This document shows positions 38,084-47,817 of a stretch of DNA of 64,000 bases, piece after piece. Under the pieces are notes generated by a model. It was not told the DNA's origin and did no database searches. It was given only the letters and a program-made list of their open reading frames with translations. Location of the stretch: contig JABHXU010000016.1 in assembly GCA_018657065.1 (NCBI GenBank), positions 6,333 to 70,332 on the forward strand, written 5' to 3'. Source of the stretch: an archaeon. Its GTDB lineage: Archaea; Nanobdellota; Nanobdellia; Woesearchaeales; GW2011-AR15. A program made the translations under genes and the position numbers. Positions within the stretch are counted from its first letter, which is position 1. Every line of letters begins with the position of its first letter.

Positions 38084-39377
38084 TTTTTAATATTTTTAGT
38101 GTAGATTTAATTCCTGAAATTATCATTGTTGGAAAATACTTAATACCCATGATACTAACTATCCGAACTATTGTTTTTATCATATTTAAATTAAAGTAAA
38201 AATGTTTGTATGCTTTATTTTGGTATTTTTCAAGGTTAAGATTTTTATTAACTTGATTTTTATTATAGTGGATATTTGAAAACTTATTTTTCTTATTTTT
38301 AAAAAATTCAAATAATGCAGATCCTGGAAAAGGTGTTGCTATGTAATAAAATGCAAAATCTAAACCAATTTTACTTGATATTTTAATATTTTTAATTAGA
38401 TTCTTGTTGGAATCTCCAGGAAGTCCTAAAATAAAATGTCCAAAACTAAGTATTCCAGACTTATTTGTAATCCCAATTGTATGTCTTATTTTATTTGCAT
38501 TTATTCCTTTTTTTGATTTATTTAAAATATTTTGGTTGAAATTTTCTATACCATAAGAAATCATATAGCAACCTGATTTTTTCATTAGTTTTAAGAGATT
38601 TTCATCAACACTATCAATTCGAGAATTACACATCCAATTAATTTTAAGATTTTGTTTAATAATTTCATTACAAATTTCAATTACATAATCCTTGTCAAAT
38701 GTAAATATTTCTGAATAAAAAACAATCTCATCAATTCCTAATTTTTTAATGGCTTTTATTTCTTCAATTATACTCGTTACTCTTTTTTTCCGATATTTTT
38801 TACCATAATAAAATGGAGCTGTACAAAAAATGCAAGAATAGGGACACCCTCTTGAAGTTTGAATAAGTAAAAAAGATTTATTTTTAATTGGTAATTTATA
38901 ATTCTTTATTTCAACTAAGTCCCAAGCTGGAGTAGGTAAATCTTCAAAAGAAAAATTTTTTCCAATTAATTCATATGCAATTTCTTCAGGTTCCTTTGAT
39001 AATAAAATAATATTTTTCCCATACTTTTCATTTGAAAAATATTTTGCATGTACTCCATATACATAGAATTTAGTTGTTTTTGATATTTCTGATAATTGTT
39101 TTGTTAAATTAATATCATTTTCAAATGTTGGTGTTGTTGTATTTATAAAAACAATTTTAGGATTTTGGTTCTTAAACAATTGAATAATCCTTTTTTCATT
39201 AATCTTTTGAGCTATGCAATCATATAGCTTAATATCAAATTTTCGTCTTAAAATAGCTGCTATTTGAGCCATAGAGAGTGGTGGATATGTTGTATCAAAC
39301 AATGATGTTTCTTGTTCACATCGTCCTTCTTTAATAAAGTCCTTCTTATATGGAGGACTTAATACCCACACCACCAT
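38073..39377 (-). CDS. B12-binding-domain radical SAM enzyme
   Basis: The rSAM motif is SRGCPYSCIFCTAP, preceded by a B12-binding-like N-domain. Confidence 0.8.
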   Translation of the reverse strand: MVVWVLSPPYKKDFIKEGRCEQETSLFDTTYPPLSMAQIAAILRRKFDIKLYDCIAQKINEKRIIQLFKNQNPKIVFINTTTPTFENDINLTKQLSEISKTTKFYVYGVHAKYFSNEKYGKNIILLSKEPEEIAYELIGKNFSFEDLPTPAWDLVEIKNYKLPIKNKSFLLIQTSRGCPYSCIFCTAPFYYGKKYRKKRVTSIIEEIKAIKKLGIDEIVFYSEIFTFDKDYVIEICNEIIKQNLKINWMCNSRIDSVDENLLKLMKKSGCYMISYGIENFNQNILNKSKKGINANKIRHTIGITNKSGILSFGHFILGLPGDSNKNLIKNIKISSKIGLDFAFYYIATPFPGSALFEFFKNKKNKFSNIHYNKNQVNKNLNLEKYQNKAYKHFYFNLNMIKTIVRIVSIMGIKYFPTMIISGIKSTLKILKNEN

Positions 39378-39414
39378 TCATGACTAAAAGAGATTTTTAT
39401 TAATATAAATTTCC

Positions 39415-39681
39415 TTAAATCCCACTTAATAAATATACAAAAAAATAATAAACATAAATTGACAAAAAAAGTAAAAATACTCCTTCTCCAAGCATTATTT
39501 TAATGTCAATAGATTCTTTTTTCTTATAATTCATTATGCAAATCACGAAAAGGGAAAAAAACATAATAAAAGCAGGATAACTAAATGATTTATTTTGAAT
39601 TTTTGGATTTAAATAAATTAAAAGTCCACTAATTAAAAACCCAATTGAAGAAAAAAAGGACCTAAAAAATCTTGTTTTCAT
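39415..39681 (-). CDS. Small membrane protein (88 aa)
   Basis: Three hydrophobic helices; weak evidence. Confidence 0.3.
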   Translation of the reverse strand: MKTRFFRSFFSSIGFLISGLLIYLNPKIQNKSFSYPAFIMFFSLFVICIMNYKKKESIDIKIMLGEGVFLLFLSIYVYYFFVYLLSGI

Positions 39682-40406
39682 TAAGTTTTAATAATACAAT
39701 TTATTATAAAAAGCTTATGATTAGTGAGTTTATTGATTTTTTAAAATTTGAATCAAGATTTGGATTACGAGTCTTTATTATCGATTTAATAGCAATAAAT
39801 AAATTATATTTTAGAAAAATTTATCTAGATAAGTTACTAAATTTAGCTGCAAAAGATAATCTAAAATTTACTTTTTTTGTTAGATCTTATAATTTAAAAA
39901 ATAAAAAATATTTAATCAAGAATCTTAAAAAAGGAGGTCATGAAATAGCTTCTCATGGGCATAGTCATGTTTTATATAACAATAAGTCTAAATTTTGGAT
40001 CCAAAATGAACTAAAAAAATCTCAAAAAGAGTTCAAAAAAATGGATATTAATGTTAAAGGTTTTAGATCCCCATTTTTATCTGAAAATAAATTATTGTAT
40101 GATGTATTAGATGAACTTAAATTTACATATTCTTCAAACAGATTTAAAAAAAATAAAATCAAAACAAAAATTAAACAAGCCTACATGATATATCCCTCTG
40201 ACTGGCATGGTCTTATAGTAGAAAATTGGAGTATTGAAAAAATCATTAAATCATGGAAAGATCAAAAAGGAACTTTAGCACTTCATCCTTGGATCTTTGT
40301 AAAACATTATAATAAATTAAAATCAATTATTGGATCTCAAAAAGACTTAACTATAATAAATAATTTGAAAAAAGAAAACCTGAAAATATCTTTTGATGTA
40401 TATTAA
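39672..40406 (+). CDS. Polysaccharide deacetylase (NodB-homology/CE4) family protein
   Basis: FTFFVRS...GGHEIASHGHSHV...GFRSPFL matches the CE4 motifs (TFF, H-x-x-x-H, R-x-P-Y). Confidence 0.7.
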   Translation: MFSLSFNNTIYYKKLMISEFIDFLKFESRFGLRVFIIDLIAINKLYFRKIYLDKLLNLAAKDNLKFTFFVRSYNLKNKKYLIKNLKKGGHEIASHGHSHVLYNNKSKFWIQNELKKSQKEFKKMDINVKGFRSPFLSENKLLYDVLDELKFTYSSNRFKKNKIKTKIKQAYMIYPSDWHGLIVENWSIEKIIKSWKDQKGTLALHPWIFVKHYNKLKSIIGSQKDLTIINNLKKENLKISFDVY

Positions 40407-41160
40407 AATGAAAACTACTTTAATAATTCCAGCATATAATGAAGACCCTAAAATCTTAAAACAAATAGTTAAAAAATCAAAAAAATATGTTGACAAAATT
40501 ATAATTATTGACGATGGATCTTCAAAAAATATTAAAATAGATTGTACGATAATTAAAAACATAAAAAATAAAGGTAAAGGGTTTTCAATAAGAAAAGCAA
40601 TAAAATTTGTTGGTAAATCTGATATTATTATTTTTATGGATGCTGATAATGAACATGATCCTAAAGATTTGCCAAAATTTCTTAATAAATTCAAATCAAA
40701 TAAGTTTCAAGGATTAGTGATTGGAAAAAGAAGACAATATAGATCTCCACTAAGAAAAATTCTAAATAATTGGATGAATTTTTGGATTGGATTTATTATT
40801 AAAAAAGCAGATTTTTCCTGTGGATTTAGAGCAATTGACATAAGTTCTCTAAAAAAATTTAATTTAAAATCTAATAGATTTGAAATAGATCTTGAAATGA
40901 TTCTAGAAAGTTACCTAAATAAAATAAAAATTGTATCTATAGATATTAATCATAAACCTGTTAAAAAATCTCATGTGAAATTTATTGATTATATTAAACT
41001 CAATAATTTTTTTGATAGGTGGATTTTAAAAAATCATTCTAAATTAAATATTCCATTATTAAAGAAAATGTTTTTAATGTTTTTTTCTGTTATTGGATTA
41101 ATAATTGGTTCAATAGTATATTTAACTTACTCCATTTTTAACTTAGCAACAAGTGGGTAA
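40393..41160 (+). CDS. Family 2 glycosyltransferase, dolichyl-phosphate sugar synthase-like
   Basis: TLIIPAYNEDPKIL and IIIDDGSSKN form the GT-A DxD region, and IIIFMDADNEHDPKDLPKF is a DPM-synthase-like motif. There is a C-terminal TM anchor. Confidence 0.85.
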   Translation: MMYIKMKTTLIIPAYNEDPKILKQIVKKSKKYVDKIIIIDDGSSKNIKIDCTIIKNIKNKGKGFSIRKAIKFVGKSDIIIFMDADNEHDPKDLPKFLNKFKSNKFQGLVIGKRRQYRSPLRKILNNWMNFWIGFIIKKADFSCGFRAIDISSLKKFNLKSNRFEIDLEMILESYLNKIKIVSIDINHKPVKKSHVKFIDYIKLNNFFDRWILKNHSKLNIPLLKKMFLMFFSVIGLIIGSIVYLTYSIFNLATSG

Positions 41161-41981
41161 TGATCTGACCCAACACAGTCATACAAAACATCACAAAAAG
41201 TTGGTTTAAGATTTTTAACAAAGATCCAATCTAACCGCTGCCTAACATGAATTCCTAAAGGAACAAAAAGTTTTCTAAATGTTGTAGCACCTTTCATAGT
41301 TGGACTAACATTGTTTTTAATGTCACTAGTCCAATACTTTCCTCTTGGCAATTTAACATCAATAAATCCTTTACCTAATAGGTTTAAGAACTGTTTTTTA
41401 TGAGCCATAAGTTTCTTTTTTGAAAAATTAGCTAAACCTACAGTATTCATGTCACCACAAAAAATTTCATAATCTACTTTTTCTTTAAAATGTGACAATA
41501 TATGTTTTATTTTCTTTTTTTTATATTTCATATTGCCAATAATTTCTAAATGTGCATTTGAAATTCTAATTGTTTTTTTATTAGGTAATTCATAAACCGT
41601 AGATATTACTCCAAATATTGCACTTTCAGTACAAATATATTTATGTGGATTAAATGGACCATTTATTGTTGGAAGTTCAACTCTAGTTTCATTTAACTTT
41701 TTTAAATTCGAAAAAGATCCTAAACCAAGTCTATCACATGTAACTTTTGGATAAATGTAGAAGCTTCCCTTTAATTTAGGAAATAATGATTGAAATTTCT
41801 TTTTCATATCTTTATTTTCATCTGTATTTCTAAGTTCTTGAAAATTAAAAAATTGATAATTTGTATTTTTACTCAATTTTTTTATATTTTCAATGGAATC
41901 ATAAACTTTATTATCAAAGCCCATTAGAATATTATACGTTGAAACAAAAATTTCCTTACTCATCACTCTAAAAAAAATCAT
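41127..41981 (-). CDS. Endonuclease/exonuclease/phosphatase (EEP) family hydrolase
   Basis: The C-terminal RLDWIFVKN and GSDHYPLVAKL match the EEP motif (S-D-H-x-P-V). Confidence 0.7.
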   Translation of the reverse strand: MIFFRVMSKEIFVSTYNILMGFDNKVYDSIENIKKLSKNTNYQFFNFQELRNTDENKDMKKKFQSLFPKLKGSFYIYPKVTCDRLGLGSFSNLKKLNETRVELPTINGPFNPHKYICTESAIFGVISTVYELPNKKTIRISNAHLEIIGNMKYKKKKIKHILSHFKEKVDYEIFCGDMNTVGLANFSKKKLMAHKKQFLNLLGKGFIDVKLPRGKYWTSDIKNNVSPTMKGATTFRKLFVPLGIHVRQRLDWIFVKNLKPTFCDVLYDCVGSDHYPLVAKLKME

Positions 41982-42048
41982 GATATAATTAAATCTTTAG
42001 GTTATATTCTAAGAAAAATATTTATACTTAGATAATTCATTAAAAAAT

Positions 42049-42660
42049 ATGAAAAAAGAATCAATTAACCCATACAAAATTGCTGCAATTGGTGGAACTT
42101 TACTAATATTATTACAGATTTTTCGTATATTTGCTAGTAGACTACAACTTGTTGATCTAATGTATCCTGGAACTTTAGCAACTGTTACCATGAGTTTTGC
42201 ATCTCTTATTATTAGTGTAATGCTCTATTATGGTTATATTTACTTTGGAAAACAAAATAATAATATTTTAATGGTTATTTCTTCAATTCTTGTTATTTTC
42301 TCTTTAGTTGTAAGTTCATCTTTTACCTTGCTAACTTTTTTGTTTCAGAAATTTACTAGTACGGGACTCTTTAATAATCCTTTTTTAATGATGGGTAGAT
42401 TCCTTAACTTTTTTTCAATATTCTACATTTTACTTGGTGCTTCAATAATTTTATCAAAAAAAGAATTAGGAAATCTTGGCCTTGTAACAGGTATTATTAT
42501 TATTATTGATTCATTTTTAAGTTTAAGTTATATGTTTATTTTTCCAATATATCCAAAATTTATCCAAATAAGCTATATAATGTTCTACTTATTTTATATT
42601 GAAAAAATACTTCAAATTTTTTTATTTTATTTTTTATCTACTAAAAAAGGACTCCATTAA
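42049..42660 (+). CDS. Polytopic membrane protein, unknown function
   Basis: 203 aa with 6 hydrophobic helices. Confidence 0.4.
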   Translation: MKKESINPYKIAAIGGTLLILLQIFRIFASRLQLVDLMYPGTLATVTMSFASLIISVMLYYGYIYFGKQNNNILMVISSILVIFSLVVSSSFTLLTFLFQKFTSTGLFNNPFLMMGRFLNFFSIFYILLGASIILSKKELGNLGLVTGIIIIIDSFLSLSYMFIFPIYPKFIQISYIMFYLFYIEKILQIFLFYFLSTKKGLH

Positions 42661-42693
42661 CTTCTTAAATACTTTTTATTTTAGAAAAAAAGT

Positions 42694-43437
42694 ATGTTAA
42701 CAAATACCTTCATTCATATTCCTTATGTAAGTGAAAACACAGAAAAAAAATTGTGGCAAAATAGTATCAATTGCTGGGATGATTTCTTAAAAATACAACC
42801 TCATGTGAAAAACCAAGATGTTATAACCAAATTTCTTAAACTCTCTAAAGAGCATTACAATAAAAAGAATCATGAATTTTTTTCAAATAAAATTATATCA
42901 AAACACCAATGGAGAGCTTATGAAGATTTTAAAGATAATTGTTGTTTTTTAGATATTGAAACTACTGGACTGAGTAAACATAGAGATGAATTAACTGTTG
43001 TAGGTTTATATGATGGTAAAAAATCAAAAGTTTATATTAAAGGAAAAAATATGAATGAATTTGCAAAAGATATTGCTAAATTTTCTTTTATTGTGACATT
43101 TAATGGGGCAACTTTTGACCTACCTTTTTTAAAAGCAAAGTTTCCAGACGTAGAATTTAATCATCTACATGCTGATTTAAGATTTGTTCTAAGAAGACTT
43201 GGTTATGCTGGAGGACTTAAATCAATTGAAAAAGAATTTGGAATTGCTAGACAATCAGATTTATCTAATTTAAGTGGAAGAGATGCTATCAGACTTTGGT
43301 ATGCATACAAAAAAAAAGGAGATGAAAAAGCACTAGATAAACTAATAAGATACAATATTGAAGATATTGAAAATTTAAAAGTTTTAATGGATCATTCTTA
43401 TACTGAACTTAAAAAAAAGTGTTTAAATTTTTGTTAA
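42694..43437 (+). CDS. RNase-H-fold predicted 3'-5' exonuclease (YprB-like)
   Basis: FLDIETTGLSKHRDELTVVGLY...IVTFNGATFDLPFLK...HADL matches the DEDD-like Exo motifs I-III of the YprB/RNase_H_2 family. Confidence 0.55.
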   Translation: MLTNTFIHIPYVSENTEKKLWQNSINCWDDFLKIQPHVKNQDVITKFLKLSKEHYNKKNHEFFSNKIISKHQWRAYEDFKDNCCFLDIETTGLSKHRDELTVVGLYDGKKSKVYIKGKNMNEFAKDIAKFSFIVTFNGATFDLPFLKAKFPDVEFNHLHADLRFVLRRLGYAGGLKSIEKEFGIARQSDLSNLSGRDAIRLWYAYKKKGDEKALDKLIRYNIEDIENLKVLMDHSYTELKKKCLNFC

Positions 43438-43481
43438 AATTATAGAAAATCTTTAAATATCTCTTTTCAATTACTTTTATT

Positions 43482-44168
43482 ATGCATCACAAACTTCAAA
43501 TTGAACAAGAAACTCAAAGATTTTTTACAAAAGTATTTGGATGGATGTTTTTAGGTCTTTTACTTTCAGGATTTACTGCATATTATGTATCTATTACTCC
43601 AGCCATCTTAGCAATTATTTTTTCAAGCCAAATTGTATTTTTTGGTCTTTTAATTGTTGAGCTGGTTTTAGTTATTAGTCTTTCAGCTTTTATTAAAAAA
43701 GTTAGTGCTACTTTAGCTACATTCTTATTTTTATTATATTCTTTTGTGACTGGATTAACCCTTTCGGTAATATTCTTGGTATATACAATTGAATCAATCA
43801 ATCTCGTATTTTTTATAACTGGAGGAATGTTTGGTTTAATGAGTTTTATTGGTTATACAACTAAAATGGATCTAACAAAATTTGGTCCAATTCTTTTTAT
43901 GGGATTACTTGGAATAATTATTGCCGGATTTGCAAATTTATTTCTTAGAAATTCAATGTTGGATTTTATTGTTACAATTATTGGAGTAATTATTTTTACT
44001 GCATTAACTGCATACGACATTCAAAGAATTAAAAAAACAAATATAATTGGGAATGAAGGGACAGAGGAAGACCATAAAGAAGCAATTATTGGCGCTCTTA
44101 CATTATATTTAGATTTTATCAACCTGTTCTTAAAACTATTAAGACTAACTGGTAAAAGAAAAAATTAA
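43482..44168 (+). CDS. Bax-inhibitor-1/YccA (UPF0005) family membrane protein
   Basis: Seven TM helices, with the characteristic C-terminal region ...TAYDIQRIKK...EDHKEAIIGALTLYLDFINLFLKLL. Confidence 0.75.
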   Translation: MHHKLQIEQETQRFFTKVFGWMFLGLLLSGFTAYYVSITPAILAIIFSSQIVFFGLLIVELVLVISLSAFIKKVSATLATFLFLLYSFVTGLTLSVIFLVYTIESINLVFFITGGMFGLMSFIGYTTKMDLTKFGPILFMGLLGIIIAGFANLFLRNSMLDFIVTIIGVIIFTALTAYDIQRIKKTNIIGNEGTEEDHKEAIIGALTLYLDFINLFLKLLRLTGKRKN

Positions 44169-44175
44169 AGAAAAA

Positions 44176-45360
44176 CTAACTATATTTTTCTTTCATATAT
44201 TTTTCAAGTCTATCAAATGCAGTATTTAATGCTTCTTCACTTGCTGCAAATACAACTCTAAAATGAAAAGTATTAGGTTTTTGCCCAAATCCAGAGCCAT
44301 TAACAAATAAGACTTGATATTCATTTAAAAAATCTAAAACAAACTCTTTATCTGATTCAATTGACACATTAATTTTAGGATATGCGTAAAATGCACCTTT
44401 AGGTTTAACACAAGATATTCCTGGAATTGAATTTAATCTATTATAAGTAATGTCTCTTCTTTTTCGCAGTTCATTTTTCATATATTCAACATGATCTTGA
44501 GGTCCTTCTAATGCTGGTTTTACTGCATATTGCATTGGATGATTAATTGAAAGTCTTGCTCTTGCTAATTGTTTTACTGCATTAACATATTCCATATTAC
44601 AATTTGAAAACACCACCCATCCAACTCTCCAACCTGGACAAAGATAAGATTTTGAAAGTGTATTAATTGTAACAACAGGAACTTCATTAGTTAGCGATCC
44701 AACTGCATAAAATTCATCATCATCTAAAACAAGTTTATCATACGTTTCATCTGAAAAAATAAGTAAATTATGTTCTTTTGCTAAATCAATAATTTTCAAG
44801 AGTGTTTCTTTAGAATAAACTGAACCAGTTGGATTATTAGGATTAATTATGACTATTCCTCTTGTTTTTTCATTAATTTTTGACTTCATATCCTCAATAT
44901 CTGGTTGCCAATCATTTTCTTCATCTAAAAAATATTCATTCATTTCAATTTCTAAATAATTCAGAGTAGATTGATACAATGGATATCCTGGACTAGGAGT
45001 TAAAATATTTTCACCATTATTGACAAGAGCTCCTATAGCCATTGTTATTCCTTCAGAACCTCCAGAAGTAATTATTACATCCTCTTCACTAATACTTGGT
45101 ATATTCAATCTTTTAGCTTCTTTAGATATTGCTCTTCTTGCTTCAAGTAATCCCATTGAATCTGCATAACTAGAACTTTTGCTCCAACTATTTTCCACAG
45201 ATTTAATCATATGTTCAGGTGTATGAAAATCATATTTTAATGGATCTCCAATATTTAGATAAATAACTTTTTTACCTAATTTTTCTTGTTTTTTTGCGGC
45301 TTCAACTACATCTCTAATAGCATAAGTGATTTTTTTTGTTCTATTGGCTGGATTTATCAT
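44176..45360 (-). CDS. Class I/II aminotransferase (aspartate/alanine aminotransferase-like)
   Basis: VIINPNNPTGSV and TLSKSYLCPGWRVGW match the PLP-Lys motif S-K-x-x-x-x-x-G-W-R-V-G. Confidence 0.85.
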   Translation of the reverse strand: MINPANRTKKITYAIRDVVEAAKKQEKLGKKVIYLNIGDPLKYDFHTPEHMIKSVENSWSKSSSYADSMGLLEARRAISKEAKRLNIPSISEEDVIITSGGSEGITMAIGALVNNGENILTPSPGYPLYQSTLNYLEIEMNEYFLDEENDWQPDIEDMKSKINEKTRGIVIINPNNPTGSVYSKETLLKIIDLAKEHNLLIFSDETYDKLVLDDDEFYAVGSLTNEVPVVTINTLSKSYLCPGWRVGWVVFSNCNMEYVNAVKQLARARLSINHPMQYAVKPALEGPQDHVEYMKNELRKRRDITYNRLNSIPGISCVKPKGAFYAYPKINVSIESDKEFVLDFLNEYQVLFVNGSGFGQKPNTFHFRVVFAASEEALNTAFDRLEKYMKEKYS

Positions 45361-45474
45361 AGAGATTTTCTAATGTTTATTCTAGTATTTAAATTTTGAG
45401 AAAGATACATTAATTTTCACATAGTTATTTATGAAACAAAAAAGTTTTTATACTCTTTTAACAAAAGAAATTTT

Positions 45475-45690
45475 ATGGCAAAAAAATCAGAAACAAAAAA
45501 ACAAGAAGTTCTCGAGCATAAAAAAGAAGTTCTGCTTAAAGGAATTGGCCTTCATCTATTAACTTATCTTGTCATTTGTATAATCTTATTATTAATTGGC
45601 GTTCCATTATACATCGCAGTTATGCTTTTTATGGTATTAATTTGGGGATTATTTGTTTTAAGCTACGCACTAGTTAATAAAAATAAATAA
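45475..45690 (+). CDS. Small membrane protein (71 aa)
   Basis: A KE-rich N-terminus is followed by two TM helices. Confidence 0.3.
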   Translation: MAKKSETKKQEVLEHKKEVLLKGIGLHLLTYLVICIILLLIGVPLYIAVMLFMVLIWGLFVLSYALVNKNK

Positions 45691-45704
45691 AAATTCTTTT
45701 TTTA

Positions 45705-46946
45705 TTATTGTTCTACTTTTAATCTTATGAATTTTTGTGAGAATCTAGCCATAATTGAAGATAAAATTATACTGTAGAGCATGAAAAGTATCATTAAATC
45801 AATAATTGTCTTAGCTCCTGGATATTGGATCAAAGGAATACTATTAATTAGTTTAACACCATCTACTAAAATTGGTAAATTAAGAACATAATTACTTAAA
45901 ATAAATGCTATAACTGCTACAGCAATTCCTTTTGCACAATTTAAAGAAATAAAAATTCTTTCTTTTAAATTTAAATGATCATTATAATACACAAGCTCAA
46001 TTGCAATAAATCTTAAAATAATCATTAACCCAAATAACAATATTGATTTTAGAATAAAACTAATTGGTAGATGTATTGGTAACACAAATCCAATTAAAAC
46101 AAAAACAACTATTTCAAGAATATTTGATATTGAATTTGAAAATCCTTTTAACTCAATTTTTTTCTTAACTCTAGTATTACCAAAAAATACTCCAAAAACT
46201 GTTACTGCTAATACTCCATTTCCACCTATACTTTCAGCCATAATATATGTTAAAAGTGATGTTGTAAGGAGCATTAATGGTGAAAGTTTATCTGAATAAA
46301 ATTTCTTCATAAATCTAAAAACTATAATTCCTAAAAATACTCCAGTTCCTATGCCTGTAATTATTTGTTGCATAAACGGCGTTAAATATTCTAAAAAATT
46401 ACTCATAACATTTGCGTCAAGTTCCATTAAATCTAATAAAATAAATGGAATTAAAACCATTACTGGAGTGTTTACAATAGACTCAAACTTCAATAATTCT
46501 GTAATTTTATTTGATTTTGTTTGAAACAATGATAATACACTTCCTGGATCAGTTCCTGCCATAACTGCAGCAAAAAGTAAACTTAAAATCATACTACTAA
46601 CTCCAAATAAATAATAGGTTGCTATACTTAGAAATAACATATTAAAAACAAAAAACATAACAACTGTCTTTAACGCGTATGTTGTATAAGTATCTAAATC
46701 ATGTAGTGTAAAATTTGAACTACCTTCAAAAACAATCATAACTAAAGCTAAAATACTAACACTAATCAAAAATTCATCAGAAAAAACAAATACTGGACTA
46801 CCATTCAAAGTAATATTTTTAATAACAGCTCCTGAAATCATTAAAAGAAGCATTGCTGGAATCTTTAATTTCTTAGAAATTAATCCCATTAAAAGACCAA
46901 TAAATAAAATTACTGTAAGATTTGTTAGCATTGACAAGGTGTCCAT
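45705..46946 (-). CDS. Na+/H+ antiporter (CPA1/NhaP-type cation:proton antiporter)
   Basis: 413 aa with about 12 TM helices. The N-terminus TVILFIGLLMGLISKKLKIPAMLLLMISGAVIK is typical of Na_H_Exchanger TM1-2. Confidence 0.65.
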   Translation of the reverse strand: MDTLSMLTNLTVILFIGLLMGLISKKLKIPAMLLLMISGAVIKNITLNGSPVFVFSDEFLISVSILALVMIVFEGSSNFTLHDLDTYTTYALKTVVMFFVFNMLFLSIATYYLFGVSSMILSLLFAAVMAGTDPGSVLSLFQTKSNKITELLKFESIVNTPVMVLIPFILLDLMELDANVMSNFLEYLTPFMQQIITGIGTGVFLGIIVFRFMKKFYSDKLSPLMLLTTSLLTYIMAESIGGNGVLAVTVFGVFFGNTRVKKKIELKGFSNSISNILEIVVFVLIGFVLPIHLPISFILKSILLFGLMIILRFIAIELVYYNDHLNLKERIFISLNCAKGIAVAVIAFILSNYVLNLPILVDGVKLINSIPLIQYPGAKTIIDLMILFMLYSIILSSIMARFSQKFIRLKVEQ

Positions 46947-46979
46947 ATAAAATTCTTAGAGAATAATGGTATATAAATG

Positions 46980-47414
46980 TTATTCTTGATTTACATTAAT
47001 TTTTACTAAATTTTCCAAATCTTCTCTTTTACCAGCTACAACATAATTTCCATTTCCTACTAACGCAACCAAATCACCAATCTCAAGCCCTGCGTTTTCC
47101 AAAATATTAACTGGAATAGAAACTCGAAATTTATCATCAACAGAACTAGTTCTAAATGATCTAAAATCTTGGAATCCTTTAATTTTCACTGTTTTTTCAT
47201 CAGTTAAAAGAAGATAATTTAGGTCAAGAGTTGTATCATGACATGTTTTATAATACAAACGATGATCATAAATTGGCCCAACTCTGTTTTCATGAATCAT
47301 AGCAAATTCTGCACTAAAACAAAATCTTCCTAGTGAGCTACTACCTCCAACTTCAGAAATTTTATATCCTTTTGCTCCTGGTCCATCACTTATTCCAGTA
47401 TATAATTCAGTCAT
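46980..47414 (-). CDS. Hypothetical protein with C-terminal AbrB/SpoVT-like swapped-hairpin domain
   Basis: The C-terminal KFRVSIPVNILENAGLEIGDLVALVGNGNYVV matches the AbrB-like pattern (vtIPkeire-lgl-eGD-v-l). Confidence 0.4.
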   Translation of the reverse strand: MTELYTGISDGPGAKGYKISEVGGSSSLGRFCFSAEFAMIHENRVGPIYDHRLYYKTCHDTTLDLNYLLLTDEKTVKIKGFQDFRSFRTSSVDDKFRVSIPVNILENAGLEIGDLVALVGNGNYVVAGKREDLENLVKINVNQE

Positions 47415-47488
47415 TTGTGAAGGTACAATTATTTTATATTTAAATCTATTACAAAAATTATTTATATTTTCAATTCCTTATTTAGTTC

Positions 47489-47794
47489 ATGAGAATAATC
47501 TATATAACTACAAGAAATGTTGGAGAAGCTAAAAAAATTGCAAATCATTTGCTTTCAAAAAAACTAATTGCATGTGCTAACATGTTTCCTATTGAAAGTA
47601 TGTACTCTTTTGAAGGAGATCTACAAGAAGACATTGAATTTGTAATTCTGATTAAAACAAAAAAAGAAAATTATGAAATTGTACAAAAAGAAATTGAAAA
47701 AATGCATTCATATGAAACACCTGCAATTTTTTCATGGGTTCCTGATAAAGTAAATAAAAAATATAATGACTGGATAAATAATAATTGTAATTAA
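47489..47794 (+). CDS. cutA: Divalent-cation tolerance protein CutA (CutA1 family)
   Basis: IIYITTRNVGEAKKIANHLLSKKLIACANMFPIESMYSFEG...IEFVILIKT...HSYETPAIF matches the CutA1 family pattern across the whole 101 aa. Confidence 0.8.
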   Translation: MRIIYITTRNVGEAKKIANHLLSKKLIACANMFPIESMYSFEGDLQEDIEFVILIKTKKENYEIVQKEIEKMHSYETPAIFSWVPDKVNKKYNDWINNNCN

Positions 47795-47817
47795 TAGAAT
47801 AAAAAAATTAGAAAAAA

